The position numbers and the translations under genes were made by a program. A stretch of DNA of 63,974 bases, filler included, from Octopus bimaculoides (Eukaryota), in the NCBI RefSeq assembly GCF_001194135.2. It is 7 parts of 7 records of this genome, joined end to end, with 100 filler letters (N's around TTAATTAATTAA, not from the genome) between each part and the next. Parts side by side here need not be neighbours in the genome. Positions count along the whole stretch, not along the records: positions 1 to 15,335 come from NC_068986.1; 6 more parts are not named here. One strand, given 5' to 3'. The notes below the pieces were generated by a model. That model was not told where the DNA came from. It ran no database searches and saw only the letters and a list, made by a program, of their open reading frames with translations. Below, in pieces: positions 1 through 11,210 of this stretch (the first letter of the stretch is position 1; each line of letters starts with the position of its first letter).

Positions 1-177
1 ATAGGAGGAGGGATACGCCCCCAAAACACACTTCTCACCGCTAAGTGAGACTTCTAAGCACAACTACAGGCAGATAATTTGCCCGAAACTCAGTGGAGAT
101 TTCTTGTTCGACAAAATAAATAAACAGGAGCAACAAACTCCCACTGCACCCCCACCCCCCAATAACAAATGTCTTAC

Positions 178-237
178 CTTGTAGTTGTGCTTCACTTGTT
201 CAATAATTCCCGGCGTTGGTGTACGGCATCGTGACTC
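178..237 (-). CDS. Candidate 60-nt internal exon (phase 0/0) of an unidentified minus-strand gene; reads ESRCRTPTPGIIEQVKHNYK
   Basis: On the minus strand: a poly-T tract, then GCACTGCTAG|GAG acceptor (AG at 239-238) and AAG|GTAAGA donor (GT at 177-176). The exon is 60 nt and open in frame 0. I do not recognise the peptide. Confidence 0.4.
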
Positions 238-619
238 CTAGCAGTGCAAAAAAAAAAAAAACACTGACCAACGCATGCACAGGGAAGCAAGCCACTTACC
301 ACACGGCCTCTCCTGTGCCCGTAGGTTTCACAACTCGTTTCTATTGTCGTTAGCAGTTATTTAATTTTTTTTCTTTTCTTTTCACTTTTCCGCTCTTCTC
401 TCTTTTCTGACTCCTAACAGTAAATATTGTATATGCATATTTTTGAAAACGTTGATCAGTGTACTTTTCCACACGCACGCACACACACACACGCACATAC
501 ACACATACAACACGACACAACACACACATTTACATCACCTCTAGCATCTCTATAGTAATGGAGACATTTATTAATGATATTCTCCAATAGCTTCATTTTC
601 TATCTCACACTTTCTCTCC

Positions 620-1330
620 CTAGTGACCACTAGTACGGCTGCCGTAGAGCCAAATTTACTATAGACCAACTCTCTTGTTATTCACCGGTAGGCTCTGGGA
701 AAATTTCGATGAAATCAATGTTCTTGACCTAGACATCAGTAAAACCCTCGATCGTGTCTGGCATGCGAATCTCCTGCCGAAACTTCCTGACTAAACGATC
801 CAGCCAACTCTCGTTTCTTGGATCGGTAATTCCATATCACATCGCAACACTGTGGCCTGTATTGACGGAGAGTTTTCTACACCACGCTCAGTCAGTTCTG
901 GTGTGTACCACAGTTTGTTTTCGTCCCTCACTCTCTTCTTTCTATATATCAACGCCTAGTCGTACGCAGATGATACGATCCTTCATTTCTTCCTAACCTT
1001 CTCCAACCACGTATCATCTACGCATCACACTCCATGAGCGGAAACAAAGATCAATAAAGTAGGACCACGGCAGTTTTGTCTCTTCTAAAAGGAAAAAAAC
1101 TTAGGCACTGCGTATATCAAGAAAACACCATCGCACCGCACGCTTCTAAACGTGAGCAGCATTCAGCAGGAGCATTCATGATCGTTCAAAATTCTAAGCC
1201 TCACGATCACTGATCATTTTTCTTGACATAGCTTGGACATCATCTCAAAGGTTAGCTCTTCTCTTCGGGGACATGAGATATCTTAACCCCCAGCAATTGC
1301 TGAAACTCTTCAAAGTTTAAGTGAATCTCT
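620..1330 (+). mobile_element. Decayed non-LTR retrotransposon (CR1/L2/Jockey-group) reverse transcriptase fragment
   Basis: Interrupted frames read SDH*YGCRR...LDLDISKTLDRVWHANLLPKL (the LDxSKAFDRVWH motif) and later KILSLTITDHFS...RYLNPQQLLKL. Many stops and frameshifts. Confidence 0.75.
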
Positions 1331-1831
1331 CAATGATGATGTCGTTACTCCAAATACAAACGGAAGTCACAGAATGACCATGCGAGTGATTGGCATTAAC
1401 CCATTACCTCCCATAATTCTATTAACTGGAATTTTTTTTATGAAACTTTGATTTCTAGCATAAAACAGCCTTAGAAACACGCTGGAATGATCAAAATAAC
1501 ATTTTAAATATGTTTCGTTAAACTTATGTTTCGTTAAATTTATAGTGAAAAATTAGCAAACCTCATTTGAATATCAGAGAAATATACCTAGTAGATATAG
1601 CAAAAAGGTTAGATATGTGTAAATATTGACAGATAATTACGAATATTAACAGCATCAATCTCACAAGTCTCACATATGCCTATATATGTGATGGACACTA
1701 CCTTTTCTCCAGATTCAGCAAAGTCTTATCTCGTGTGTGTGTGCATGTGTGTGTGTGTGTGTGTGTGTATGTGTGTGTGCGTGTGTGTGTTTGTGTTTGT
1801 GTGTGTGTGTGCGTGCGTGCGTGCGTGGCGT

Positions 1832-2620
1832 TTTTGAATGTATGATTTGGCGATGTTTTGAAACTGTTCGGTACGAGCATGTGAAGGACAAAGTATGTAG
1901 AAGAGAATTGCATTGTGTGCAAATATATAGTCCTGGTATCAACTGCAAAGCCAGAAATGTGGTCTACAAAATAAGCTGTATGGATGGTGATTGTAAAAGC
2001 AGAAACACGACATACATAGGTGAAACGGCGAGAAGTTTGGCTGAGCGTGTAAATGAATATTGGAGGGACTATAAGAATCAAAAACAAACCTTGGTGCTCT
2101 ACCAGCATGCCAAAGAACAACATGGTGGTGTACTGGAGCGAATTAGCATAGAAATCCTGCCGTGACGCATCGTTACGGCAAATACAAGAGTCAGTCTCTC
2201 ATAACTGAAACACGACCAATTTTGAACAGCAAATACACGTAGATAAAAGCCTTACAATTACCCATGGTTGCAGACGTTGTTCACACATAAAATACAGAAT
2301 GTGAAGGTAAATAAAAAAGTTGCATTTACGAAGAAAAAAAAATAACAGAAAGGAAACCAAAACCAAGTCCAAAGTCTCTATCTTATCTGATATAAACGAA
2401 ATTGTTACAAACACACATATGGACGCACATACTTACAGATAAGCACGAACACATAAGTGCGTGCACACATATGAGCGTGCACACATACGAGCTTGCACAC
2501 ACTCACATGCTCATACCGAACAGTTTCAAAACAACGCCAAATCATACATTCAAAATAAATGGAAGTGGAGAGACAAGTTACTGAAGAGATTGCAAGAGTG
2601 CAATGAAATTATTTAACAAA
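1832..2620 (+). mobile_element. 5'-truncated Penelope-like element: GIY-YIG endonuclease C-terminus, 3' repeat with HHR motif, and an inverted 53-bp copy of that repeat at the 5' end
   Basis: ORF 1737-2165 contains NCKARNVVYKISC...YIGETARSLAERVNEY...LYQHAKEQH, the PLE GIY-YIG motif. 1832-1884 is the reverse complement of 2503-2555 with 2 mismatches. An HHR-like core lies at 2577-2617. Confidence 0.85.
2577..2617 (+). ncRNA. Minimal type-I hammerhead ribozyme-like motif
   Basis: GUUA-CUGAAGA-G-AUUGC(AAGAGU)GCAAU-GAAA-UUAUU^UAAC. Stem I GUUA/UAAC, 5-bp stem II, near-palindromic mini stem III. The stem II closing pair is A-U rather than G-C. Confidence 0.55.
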
Positions 2621-3087
2621 AAACTATATACTGTTTATAAATTAATAAAGGATTGAACCAGTGCGTGTGTTTATTACTGGCATAATGCCTCTCCCAAGGT
2701 TTAATTATGATATTTACTTTGTATTATTATATTATACTCATTTATTGTGCTTCTACTTATTAATTTTTCTATATGTGACAGTGGATTTTCATCGATGAAT
2801 TCATGAACCTTGGTTCTTTTCCCTAAAACTATATATTTAGATATTATTCTGTGAAACTTAATTTAATTTTTATTTTTAATAAATTGATTTTAATTGAGTT
2901 TCTACCTGTTATTTTGGATTTTATCCCTAATATTATTATATGTGTGTGTGTGTGCGTGTGTATGTATGTGTGTGCGTGCGTGTGTGTGTGTATATATGGG
3001 AGAATATACAAAAAATAACAACAGACGAGGACAGGTGGTGTAAATAACAAAAGTATATATTAGTATGACGCTCGGGAATACGGAAAG

Positions 3088-3124
3088 TCTTTGACGTTTC
3101 GAGCTACGCTCTTCAACAGAAAGA
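3088..3124 (-). ncRNA. Minimal type-I hammerhead motif of a second family, probably inactivated (A6U)
   Basis: Minus strand: UCUUU-CUGUUGA-A-GAGC(GUA)GCUC-GAAACGUC^AAAGA. Stem I UCUUU/AAAGA, palindromic ACGU stem III, GUC triplet. Confidence 0.6.
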
Positions 3125-3429
3125 ATACGGAGACAAGGAGAAAAACACGGAGAAAAAAAATTGAATAGTGTTCAGTCAAATGCGTGTATGTGTGTGTGTA
3201 AATAATACAGAATGTTTTGTCCCTTTCTTGTATCACCTAACTGTCTGGATGTTTTGCGTCCTTGTCCCATTCTGTATTATTTATACATNNNNNNNNNNNN
3301 NNNNNNNNNNNNNNNNNNNNNNNNNNNNNNNNNNNNNNNNNNNNNNNNNNNNNNNNNNNNNNNNNNNNNNNNNNNNNNNNNNNNNNNNNNNNNNNNNNNN
3401 NNNNNNNNNNNNNNNNNNNNNNNNNNNNN

Positions 3430-3443
3430 CGCTCTTCCGATCT
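3430..3443 (+). other. Illumina adapter remnant (CGCTCTTCCGATCT) at a contig start
   Basis: Exact match to the 3' 14 nt of the TruSeq read-1 primer, immediately after an N gap. Confidence 0.7.
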
Positions 3444-4292
3444 ATATATACTTACACAGACTCACACACACATGTATTAAAACAAGCACACATATATATG
3501 CATGTATGTATATATGTATGTGTACTTGCATCTAGCTATCTCTCTATCTAACAACCTGTTACCTTTGGACAACCAGTGTTGCTTTGATTGTCTCCGTTTT
3601 GTAGCGGTTCGTCAAAAAGAGATCGATAGAATAAGTACCAGACTTTTAAAGCATTTGTACTTGGGTCGATTTGTTCGACTAAGCCGTTCAAGGTGCTCCC
3701 CTCCCACCCTAGCATGGCCGCAGTCCAATGACTGAAACAAGTAAAAGAAAAAGAAAATATATATATATATATGTATATACAAAAGCAAATCACATACACC
3801 CATAACATTGTCCGCATACCCGCTTTGAATACAAATAACTGAAAATTAATTTCATTACGATTACATTATTTACAAGCTGTAATTTTTATTCATATGCATT
3901 ATCAAATAGCACTTGACGACTTTACATCTTTTTCAACCACCACTACCACCACCACTACCGCCCCACTGACCATCTACACTCTCAAGCTTGGCTTTCTGCC
4001 ACCCTGTCTGATCACATCGTATTGTCTAACCGCATTTCATTTTAATGTATTTTATTTTATTTCATATCCGTTCAGTTCAATTCATTTATTTTGACCACAA
4101 AATTACAGCAAACTACAATTTATAAGCAAACCAGAGAAGGAAATATTTATGGTCGAATGACCTTAAATATTTGATTCTCTATCTTGTGGTTTCTCTTATA
4201 ACTGAATCAATATGCAAACACAAGCAGCAATGACAATGAAGGCGACGACAACAACTACAACTACAGTAACAATAATAACTATTATTATTATT

Positions 4293-4448
4293 CTGTGGTA
4301 GGTAGCTTGCTTACCAACCACATGGTTCCGGGTTCATTCCCACTGCGTGGCACCTTGGGCAAGTGTCTTCTACTATAGCCTCGGGCCGACCAAAGCTTTG
4401 TGAGTGGATTTGGTAGGCAGAACCTGAAAGAAGCCTGTCGTATATATG

Positions 4449-4485
<37 letters not shown>

Positions 4486-4684
4486 TTGTCCCCCCCCCCC
4501 AACATCGCTTGACAACCGATGGTGGTGTGTTTATGTCCCCGTAACTTGGCGGCTCGGCAAAAGAGACCGATAGAATAAGTAATAGGCATCCAAAGAATAA
4601 GACCTGGGGTCGATTTGCTCGACTAAAGGCGGTGCTCCAGCATGGCAGCAGTCAAATGACTGAAACAAGTAAAAGAGTAAAAGA
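4293..4684 (+). mobile_element. tRNA-derived SINE, family A (internal microsatellite)
   Basis: Head GTGGTAGGTAGCTTGCTTACCAACCACATGGTTCCGGGTTCA.., body GGCACCTTGGGCAAGTG, internal (TA)/(TG)n, tail CAGTCAAATGACTGAAACAAGTAAAAGA. More than ten copies or fragments occur in the window. Confidence 0.9.
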
Positions 4685-4696
4685 AAAAAAAAGAGT

Positions 4697-4915
4697 AAGG
4701 CGGCTAAGAGCTACGAGTTGTCAGAATCGTTAGCAACACCGGGTAAAATGCTTAGAGGTGTTTCTCTTGGTTTTACATTCTGAGTTCAAATTCTACCGCC
4801 GTCGAATTTATCTTTCATTCTTTCGGGGTCAATGAGCGAAGTACTAGCCGATCACTGTAGAACGATGAAATTAACTAACCCCTTCTCCACGAAAATTTCA
4901 TTCCTTGTTCCTGCT
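4697..4915 (+). mobile_element. tRNA-derived SINE, family B (degenerate)
   Basis: GGCGG..GAGTTGTCAGAATCGTTAGC..TTCTGAGTTCAAATT (A/B-box-like); shared with many other copies. Confidence 0.75.
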
Positions 4916-5199
4916 GTAGAAAAGATTAATTTTTTCTAATTTAGGCACAAGGCCAGCAGTTTTTGTGAGAAGAGTATTACTCGATACCATCGACTCCGGT
5001 AGTTGGTTAATACTTTATTTTATCGACCCCCTGAAAGAAGACATTTTTTTATTAACTACAAAGGATCACCAAAAGATCTAAGACAATACAGAACGAAGCA
5101 GTATGTTTTACATACAAAAGCTGTAAACAAAAGAAATAAAAAGAAACGAAATTTTGAAACCAAGGAATATTCTCTAAATGTTGAATGATTTCCTATTGC

Positions 5200-5720
5200 T
5201 CTTCGTGGAAACCCCACAAAACCCAAGTACTCTCGCCGAGTTGTCTGAAAGCTTGGAACAGGCCCGGACTGTCGGATGATGCACGGAATATAGCACTTCC
5301 TTCTGTATCTTCATTGTACTTTTCAAATGAGACTTTAAAAAGTGGCTGAGGGTTTAGCTAAAGGAGAAGTTAGCTGCCTTCAGCTCTTCCAGTCTTATCC
5401 ATCATACAACCTCTTTTGCCGAGACATCTAGACAAATAAAACCACCAGCTCTTCTCGGTCATACTCTTCGCTACATGCTCTTTCCGGTGGATCGCATATA
5501 TGTGTTCATAGAATTTATCTCAAAACGGTAGCACTGCCAGAGCAGAAATTATCCATGGACACTGGCCCGAAGATCCTCTGGAACAGATTAGCCAGGTGAT
5601 TTTCGTCACACACAGTTTCCCCGAGAACATCGTCATTTTTGCTCTCCTCTAATCCTCTGTAGAACTTCAGCGTGAAGTTTTCCACCTACTACATTATTCG
5701 ACTGGATGTGTAGTTTATGA
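5200..5720 (-). mobile_element. Possible highly decayed Tc1/mariner transposase remnant
   Basis: Weak resemblance only: ETVCDENHL resembles IVTGDESW, and AANFSFS*TLSHFLK...KLSDNSARVLG resembles the mariner C-terminus. Confidence 0.3.
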
Positions 5721-6255
5721 AGTTTTAATCTTTTATTTGTATGAATTTGGTTAAGATAACAGATAATGTGCTGAACGACGAAATTTACTTCTTAGTTGAA
5801 AAAAGATTGTAAAAATCAACTGTTAGTGCCAGTTATATGAGAAGATAATTTCAAAGCATTGAAAGGTCCTAGACGAACAATAGTCAATAAGTCATACTCC
5901 AACGTGCACATACAGCCATACCAAAAAAGAATACGTCCACTTAACATACCTACTTATCTGCATACATTTATACACTCATTTAGAGACGTCAAAAAATGAA
6001 TCAAAGGTCCTTCTCGAGCCATGGGGTAATAAGGCTGGCCTCCAGGATTCTGTGGCGTGTATATTCTCCCCAATCCCAGACGGGATGTCGGTCGTCGCAG
6101 GATTTACTCATTTTGGAGTAACGTCAAATCAAATATTTTGTTCCAGGAATCGAAACCACAATCATACGATCATGGTGGATATATATCACACAGTAACAAT
6201 ATAATTTTTCCAACGTTATGATATTATCACTTGTTCTACAGGTGATTACCCATAC

Positions 6256-6350
6256 CTTGCTCCTTGTTACTTCTTTAATGGCTTAATCTAAAGAAGCGGG
6301 GAGGACAGAGCCCAACATTTTTTGTAAAGCCTCTACGGTCACTCCTTTAC
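6256..6350 (-). other. Candidate 95-nt non-coding or stop-containing exon
   Basis: Minus-strand TATTTCTAG|G acceptor and AAG|GTATGG donor. All three frames contain stops. Confidence 0.3.
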
Positions 6351-6974
6351 CTAGAAATATTTACTACATTTGAAAATCGTTTATGCAAAACTTCACAAAA
6401 GAAATCCTTTATCCGAAACCCCAAATGGAAAATCCTTTATCTGAAACTTCTTTTGAATGCTGACATAACACCACAAATGAAGAACTCCACAAAATGCTGA
6501 GATGGCTCCACCAAGTACAGCTGTCGTGTGTCGTTATGAGACGAGAGTTTGTAAACACTGACTATCATGTTTTAATTGTGTGTGTGCGCGCGCGTACAGC
6601 AAGCAGAGAATCTTATTCTTACGTGAGATTTGAATTCTACCTCCATATATGAGTGTAACATGACAGGAGTCATTGTATGTATATTACTTTTGAAACAAAA
6701 TGCTGGATTTTTTCAGTTTCCATTATAATTTCAAAACATTCAATGTTTTGTTTTTATACCTTACATAAAGCCTAACACCTGTTTAGTAGTAAAAGAAAAT
6801 ACAAATGTCCAAGGAGTATTGTAACTTTTTAATCAAAAATTGACGTCACAGGTGGAGACTGATATCTTACATTTCTGACGACATTATGTGTAAAATAAAT
6901 TATTAAAAAATTTATACAAAACTGCATTCTGAAAATATGTTCATCTAAAATTTCAGCAGAAGGTCAATAACTTC

Positions 6975-7840
6975 GATGATGGGGTACGTCGATTAATTCG
7001 ACCCCAGTTTCAACTGGTACTTATTTTATCGACACCCGAAAGAATGAAAGGCAAAGTTGACCTTGGCGGCATTTGAACTTAGAACGTAAAGACGGACGAA
7101 ATGCCGCTAAGCGTTTTGTCCGGCATGCTAACAATTTTGCCTGCTCATTGCCTTATATCTCTTTTACTCTTTTACTCTTTTACTTGTTTCAGTCATTTGA
7201 CTGCGGCCATGCTGGAGCACCATCTTTAGTCGAGCAAATCGACCCCAGGACTTATTCTTTGTAAGCCTAATACTTATTCTATCAGTGCTTTTTGCTGAAC
7301 CGCTAAGTAAACACACCAGCATCGGCTGTCAAGCGATGCTGGAGGGACAAACACAGACACACAAACACACACATACATATATATATATACATATATACGA
7401 CAGGCTTACCGCACAGCCACTTCTGCGCCTATATGTATAAGATATATTATGAAAAGTAGCTTAAAGGCAGCGAGCTGGCAGAATTGTTAGCACGCTAGAA
7501 GCAATATTTAGCGATATTTCGTCCGTCGTTACGTTCTGAGTGCAAATTCCGCCGGGGTCAACTTTGCCTTTCACCCTTTCGGGGTCAATAAATTAAGTAC
7601 TAGTTGCGTACTGTGGTCGATCTAATCGATTGGCCCCCTCCCCCAAAATTTCGGGCCTTGTGCCCAGAGTAGAAAAGAATTCGTCTGTCTTTATGTTCTG
7701 AGTTCAAATACCGCCGGAGTCGACTTTAACTTTCATCCTTTGGGGGTCGATAAAATAAGTACCAGTTGAGCACTGGGGTTGACGTAATCGACTTAATCCC
7801 TCCCCAAATTTGCTGGCTTTGTTCCAAAATTTGAAACCTA
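6975..7840. mobile_element. Cluster of SINE B (-), SINE A partial (-) and two SINE B (+) copies
   Basis: Direct similarity to the family consensus seen elsewhere in the window. Confidence 0.85.
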
Positions 7841-7938
7841 TACTATGAAATGTAAACGGATATTGTGTTTATAGTTAAGTCTCATCCCCAAGGTATCAAA
7901 TTTTATAGATTCAAATAAAAATTTTAAAAAGAATACTA

Positions 7939-7992
7939 CAAAATCCGCAATACTTTCGGTCCCAGGAATTTTGGATAAGGGATTCTCAACTG
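7939..7992 (-). mobile_element. Solo Tigger/pogo-like terminal inverted repeat fragment
   Basis: Minus strand CAGTTGAGAATCCCTTATCCAAAATTCCTGGGACC.., resembling TcMar-Tigger-type TIRs. No partner TIR found. Confidence 0.35.
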
Positions 7993-8383
7993 CGCTAGCT
8001 CTCCAATACGGTCAACCAGCTATATTGTCCAAGCTACATCTAACAACAATATATCTCTTTTCACACAATATTAACCGAAGTATTTTAGTCCATCAATTGA
8101 AAACAAAACGAAAAAGCACGAATTGCCAAATCTAATTCTGATATGTTTTATTTTGTTACGAGAGGAACTTCATATTCTGGTCAGATCTGATTCTTAAATC
8201 GGTATTCAAAAATGTTCTTCCACCCAATTAGAAACCTTGCTCCGAATAATTTTCTTCCAATTCTTTTCCACACAATTTTTCCATCACACTGTCCACGTCC
8301 ATCTCATTCATTTTATTTACATGTTTTATCTTTTGTTCAGCCGTTTTCCCTCGGTTCTACCAAACTATGATTTCTATTTTTGT

Positions 8384-8437
<54 letters not shown>

Positions 8438-8560
8438 NNNNNNNNNNNNNNNNNNNNNNNNNNNNNNNNNNNNNNNNNNNNNNNNNNNNNNNNNNNNNNN
8501 NNNNNNNNNNNNNNNNNNNNNNNNNNNNNNNNNNNNNNNNNNNNNNNNNNNNNNNNNNNN

Positions 8561-8613
<53 letters not shown>

Positions 8614-9024
8614 GCACACACACACATATATACACACATATATATACATACAAATATATATTTATATAATATATACATCACTTTCTCCCCGTTTCTCTTT
8701 CTCCACACAAATACACACACGCATATATACGTGTGTGTGTGTGTGCATGTGTGTGCGTGTGTGTTTGCGTGTGTGTGTGTATGTATGTATGCATGTATGT
8801 ATGGATATGCACACAAAGAAACACGCACATATAGACAAATGCATATACATACACATACAAGCAAATACACACGCACACACACACACACACACAGAGAGTA
8901 AAGCTGCAATTGTCTACGATCAAATTTCCTCTGAAACAAGTCCCCATCGGACTGATTCTAACTCCTGGCAATATTTAATAATTCCGAACACGCAGAAAAC
9001 CTTTTGGATCTTAATTATCTCATT

Positions 9025-9087
<63 letters not shown>

Positions 9088-9452
9088 TCATCTCAGCTCA
9101 ATCCTTCCTCTCCCTTCTCCCGCTCTCTTATTCCTCTCTCTCTCCTGCTACTCTCTCCCACTCTCTTTCATTCGTTCTTTTTTTGTCTTGCCCTCATCCT
9201 CCTATTCACCGTACACATTACTTTGGATTAGATTTTCTGACATAATTAAAAATTCCAAAGCAAATAAAATAAAAAGAAAATGCTTCCAAATTCCATTTTA
9301 TCAACAGAAAATACTATTACTTAATCTTAGTATTGCTTATTTCTGAAACTAACTGTAGATACAACTAAACAAGAAGTTGCCAAAATTGGCAAACCCTAAT
9401 TATCCAACATATTCTTCATCATTGCCACATGCTCATTATTAATGCTTATGGT

Positions 9453-9692
9453 AAGGCGACGAGCTGGCAGAATCGTTAGCACGCCGGGCGAAATGCTTAG
9501 CGGTATTTCGTCTGCCGCTACGTTCTGAGCTCAAATTCTGCCGAGGTCGACTTTGCCTTTCATCCTTTCGGGGTCGATTAAATAAGTACCAGTTACGCAC
9601 TGGGGTCGATATAATCGATTTAATCCCTTTGTCTATCCTTGTTTGTCCCCTCTGTATGTAGTCCCTTGTGGGCAGTAAAGAAAAAAGAATCG
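9453..9692 (+). mobile_element. SINE family B (near consensus); its second monomer is interrupted by the MITE and resumes at 10259-10455
   Basis: AAGGCGACGAGCTGGCAGAATCGTTAGCACGCCGGGCGAAATGCTTAGCGG...GAGCTCAAATTC...CCCTTGTGGGCAGTAAAG. Confidence 0.9.
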
Positions 9693-10258
9693 GGATCTTT
9701 TTTAAAACGGGGGCCACATTTTTCATTAACGAAACACTTTGAAACTTGGAACACTGGTAGAATGTGTCATATAAAACATCTTTTTCTCTTAGTCTTCTTA
9801 AAAAAAAAAGAAATCCATAAATTATTCCATGTTAAAGTTGTCGTATTTCTGTAATTTCAACCAATCACTGACGTCCATTCAGCCGATATACATTAAGTGC
9901 CGACTACATAAACAAACGATTCTGAAACAATTAACCCTAACCCTAACCCTAACCCTAGGGTTAGAGTTAGGCTTAGGGTTAGGGTTAAAGCAAATTTAAA
10001 ATGAAAAAAGCAAATAAAACGAAGAATCGTTTGTTTATGTAGTCGGCACTTAATGTATATCGGCTGAGTGGACGTCAGTGATTGGTTGAAATTATCGAAA
10101 TAAGACAATTTTTTACATGAAATAAATTCGAATACAAAAATATTTTTCTGTTCTATAACACAAAATAGATAAGTATACGAAGTTTGAAAGTCTTTCGGTA
10201 CCAAAAACACTACGTAAAACATTAATGAAAAATGTGGCCCCCGTTTTAAAAAAGATCC
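9693..10258. mobile_element. Palindromic non-autonomous DNA transposon (MITE/foldback) with telomeric-repeat core and 8-bp TSD
   Basis: TIR GGATCTTTTTTAAAACGGGGGCCACATTTTTCATTAA at both ends. Inner inverted arms 9852-9923 and 10023-10094 (1 mismatch). Centre (TAACCC)n-(TTAGGG-like)n at 9932-9987. TSD AAGAATCG at 9685-9692 and 10259-10266. Confidence 0.9.
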
Positions 10259-10569
10259 AAGAATCGTTAATACGTCGGGCAAAATGATTAACGGTATTTC
10301 ATGTCTTTACGTTCTGAGTTCAAATTCCGCCGAGGTCGATTTCGTCTTTCATTCTTTCGGAGTCGATAGAGTAAGTACCAGTTGAGCACTGGGATTGATG
10401 TAATCGACTTACCCTGCCACCCTGAACTTGCTGACCTTGTACCTAAATTTGAAATCATTATTAATGTTTACGGTGATCGTAAACCACTAACGTGAAAGTC
10501 GTGTTTGTAAGTTTGCTTATTACTTCCACCTAAACCTGCAAATTATCTTTACTTGATCGCTTGGTATTT

Positions 10570-10895
10570 GATCTCAAAACGTAATGACAGACGAAATGCC
10601 GCTAAACATTTTGCCGGGCGTGCTGACGATTCAACCAGCTCGCCGCCTTATATGATAAAGCATATTTATTTCCTTATTGCCCACAGGGGGCTAAACATAG
10701 AGGAGACAACAAGGACAAACAAAGAGATTAAGTCGATTACATCGACCCAGTGCGTAACTGGTACTTAATTTATCGACCCGAAAAGATTGAAGGCAAAGTC
10801 GACCTCGGTAGAATTTGAACTTAGAACGTAACGGCAGACGAAATACCGCAAACCATTTTGCCCGCCGTGCTAGCGTTTCTGCCAGCTCGCCGCTC
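10570..10895 (-). mobile_element. Dimeric SINE family B
   Basis: Reverse complement of the 9453 copy, with a second head monomer. Confidence 0.85.
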
Positions 10896-11055
10896 TAATA
10901 TGATATAGCATATTGCTAAATAGGTTTGTAATGTCTGGGCTTAAGCCAATGTTTCCAACACGCTTCAAATTGACATTAGTTTGCGCATTAAGGCTACAAA
11001 TTCGTTCCAATATTCACACACACACGCGTGTGTGTGTGTGTGTGCATATATATAT

Positions 11056-11210
11056 CGTCGTCGTCGTCGTCGTTTAACGTCCGCTTTCCATGCTAGCATG
11101 GGTTGGACGATTTGACTGAGGACTGGTGAAACCAGATGGCTACACCAGGCTCCAATCTGATTTGGCAGTTTCTACAGCTGGATGCCCTTCCTAACGCCAA
11201 CCACTCAGAG
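11056..11210 (-). mobile_element. 3' tail of an RTE-clade LINE (runs into a gap)
   Basis: (TCG)n-TTTAACGTCCGCTTTCCATGCTAGCATGGGTTGGACGATTTG..; matches the reverse complement of the 3' end of the RTE at ~30750-30900. Confidence 0.9.

Noticed and set aside
9932-9987. Telomere fusion or true chromosome end
   Set aside because: Only ~56 bp, and it sits inside a TIR-bounded element with a TSD.
11116-11135. CTGAGGA-CTGGT-GAAAC in the RTE tail as a hammerhead
   Set aside because: Antisense to the element, no stem II, no NUH or stem I, and the 34920 copy lacks GAAA.
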